A program made the translations under genes and the position numbers. This document shows, piece after piece, positions 63,403 to 64,000 of a stretch of DNA of 64,000 nucleotides. Position 1 is the first letter of the stretch. Each line of letters begins with the position of its first letter. The DNA comes from Anaerolineae bacterium (lineage in GTDB: Bacteria; Chloroflexota; Anaerolineae; Anaerolineales; Villigracilaceae). The DNA is taken from assembly GCA_003130845.1 (NCBI GenBank), contig QEXW01000025.1:1962-65961 (forward strand), read 5' to 3'. The notes beneath the pieces were generated by a model, which saw only the letters and a program-made list of their open reading frames with translations, was not told the DNA's origin and ran no database searches.

Positions 63403-63822
63403 TCAATGCCCAAATAATTTCAAAGCAAGTTGCCCCAATTGTGCTAGGACTGTGCCCAGACCGATGGCCGCTTCGATGCTTCCGCTTAGTTTTTCTATGC
63501 TCTGTTTGGCGCTGTCCAAGGTCTTGTGGATGTGTTCGCCTGGTGGAGCGGGCTTTTTTGTCTCCAGGATGGCTTCATTCACTTTTGCCTGCGCGGCTTT
63601 CACTGCTTTTGCTTGGGCAGGTTTCAATCCTGGGTGCGCCTTTAATTTCTCGATTTCCGCTTCCAGCCGTTGCAGCGCTTCCACGAATTGGGGTTGGTTC
63701 TGGATGTTCGAAATGTTCTGGGTATTAATGATTTGGTCCCCCATAATTACATCCCGGCCAGCCTGGATGCCGCCCTGGATGTTGTAGATGGGTCCACCTT
63801 GCGCTTGATGCTTCCGGGTCAT
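63403..63822 (-). CDS. small Q/N/G-rich protein sharing the AGRDVI-GDQ motif with the downstream STAND protein; helical middle, hydrophobic C-terminal helix
   Basis: 139 aa. Residues 9-43 are GGPIYNIQGGIQAGRDVIMGDQIINTQNISNIQNQ. C-terminal AAIGLGTVLAQLGQLALKLF. Ends 21 nt before the STAND ATG. Confidence 0.6.
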   Translation of the reverse strand: MTRKHQAQGGPIYNIQGGIQAGRDVIMGDQIINTQNISNIQNQPQFVEALQRLEAEIEKLKAHPGLKPAQAKAVKAAQAKVNEAILETKKPAPPGEHIHKTLDSAKQSIEKLSGSIEAAIGLGTVLAQLGQLALKLFGH

Positions 63823-64000
63823 ATTGCCTCTAGCGATTGCGGTTGCAACGAACTGACTTCATTTTTCATGGCCAAATCTACTGTATTGCTTTCAGCCATA
63901 TTCAACCGATGTGCTTCTTGCAGCTCAAAGGATTTGTAAAAAGATGCGAATAGATTTTCTACAATAAAAAATCGGTCATCTCTCCTCCGGCGGTGTTTCA
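63819..64000 (-). CDS. 3' end of an upstream ORF (open to the window edge), stop overlapping the 139-aa ORF start (ATGA)
   Basis: Minus-strand frame reads ...FIVENLFASFYKSFELQEAHRLNMAESNTVDLAMKNEVSSLQPQSLEAI-stop. It may instead be a 26-codon ORF from ATG 63899. Confidence 0.3.
   Translation of the reverse strand, partial: KHRRRRDDRFFIVENLFASFYKSFELQEAHRLNMAESNTVDLAMKNEVSSLQPQSLEAI

Overview
A contiguous 64-kb chromosomal segment with about 62 protein-coding genes on both strands. I found no rRNA, tRNA, CRISPR array, transposase or integrase. The protein style suggests a filamentous Chloroflexota (Anaerolineae-like) genome, but this is inference only. It rests on many lipobox signal peptides followed by Pro/Thr-rich linkers, the DnaQ-DinG and DHH-CBS-CCA fusions, and an nSTAND-type NTPase with WD40 repeats. 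Most of the window is housekeeping (tlyA end, ilvE, xseAB, dinG, acpS, proS, msrPQ) or envelope and secreted-protein maintenance: parvulin and cyclophilin PPIases, two DsbA-like proteins, PrsW, DedA, DUF368 and an S41 protease. It also holds a 7-gene translationally coupled amino-sugar/polyprenyl-phosphate glycosylation operon (21.0-28.6 kb) and a 6-gene lipid/glycosyl operon containing a cysteine-free PTPS/QueD-like protein (48.7-54.0 kb). The best candidate for an undescribed system is at the right end (58.9-64.0 kb). A 1490-aa STAND NTPase carries an internal TM helix, 16 near-identical WD40 blades and a C-terminal polytopic membrane domain. It is preceded by a 139-aa Q/N-rich protein that shares its N-terminal AGRDVI-GDQ motif, in an NLR/executioner-like arrangement. 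A further upstream ORF is cut by the window edge. Other notable signals are listed below.
- A roughly 335-bp hierarchical tandem repeat (33/45-bp units built from CGGATG-containing subunits, then 8-bp repeats) creates the C-terminal tail of a MoaD/ThiS-like protein.
- A promoter, a 17-codon Pro-containing leader ORF and an antiterminator/terminator arrangement lie upstream of the LOG-proS genes.
- A recurrent -10 box sits exactly 6 nt before ATG (leaderless geometry) at six transcription units.
- A 30-bp perfect TetR operator palindrome precedes an ABC transporter locus that has no permease gene.
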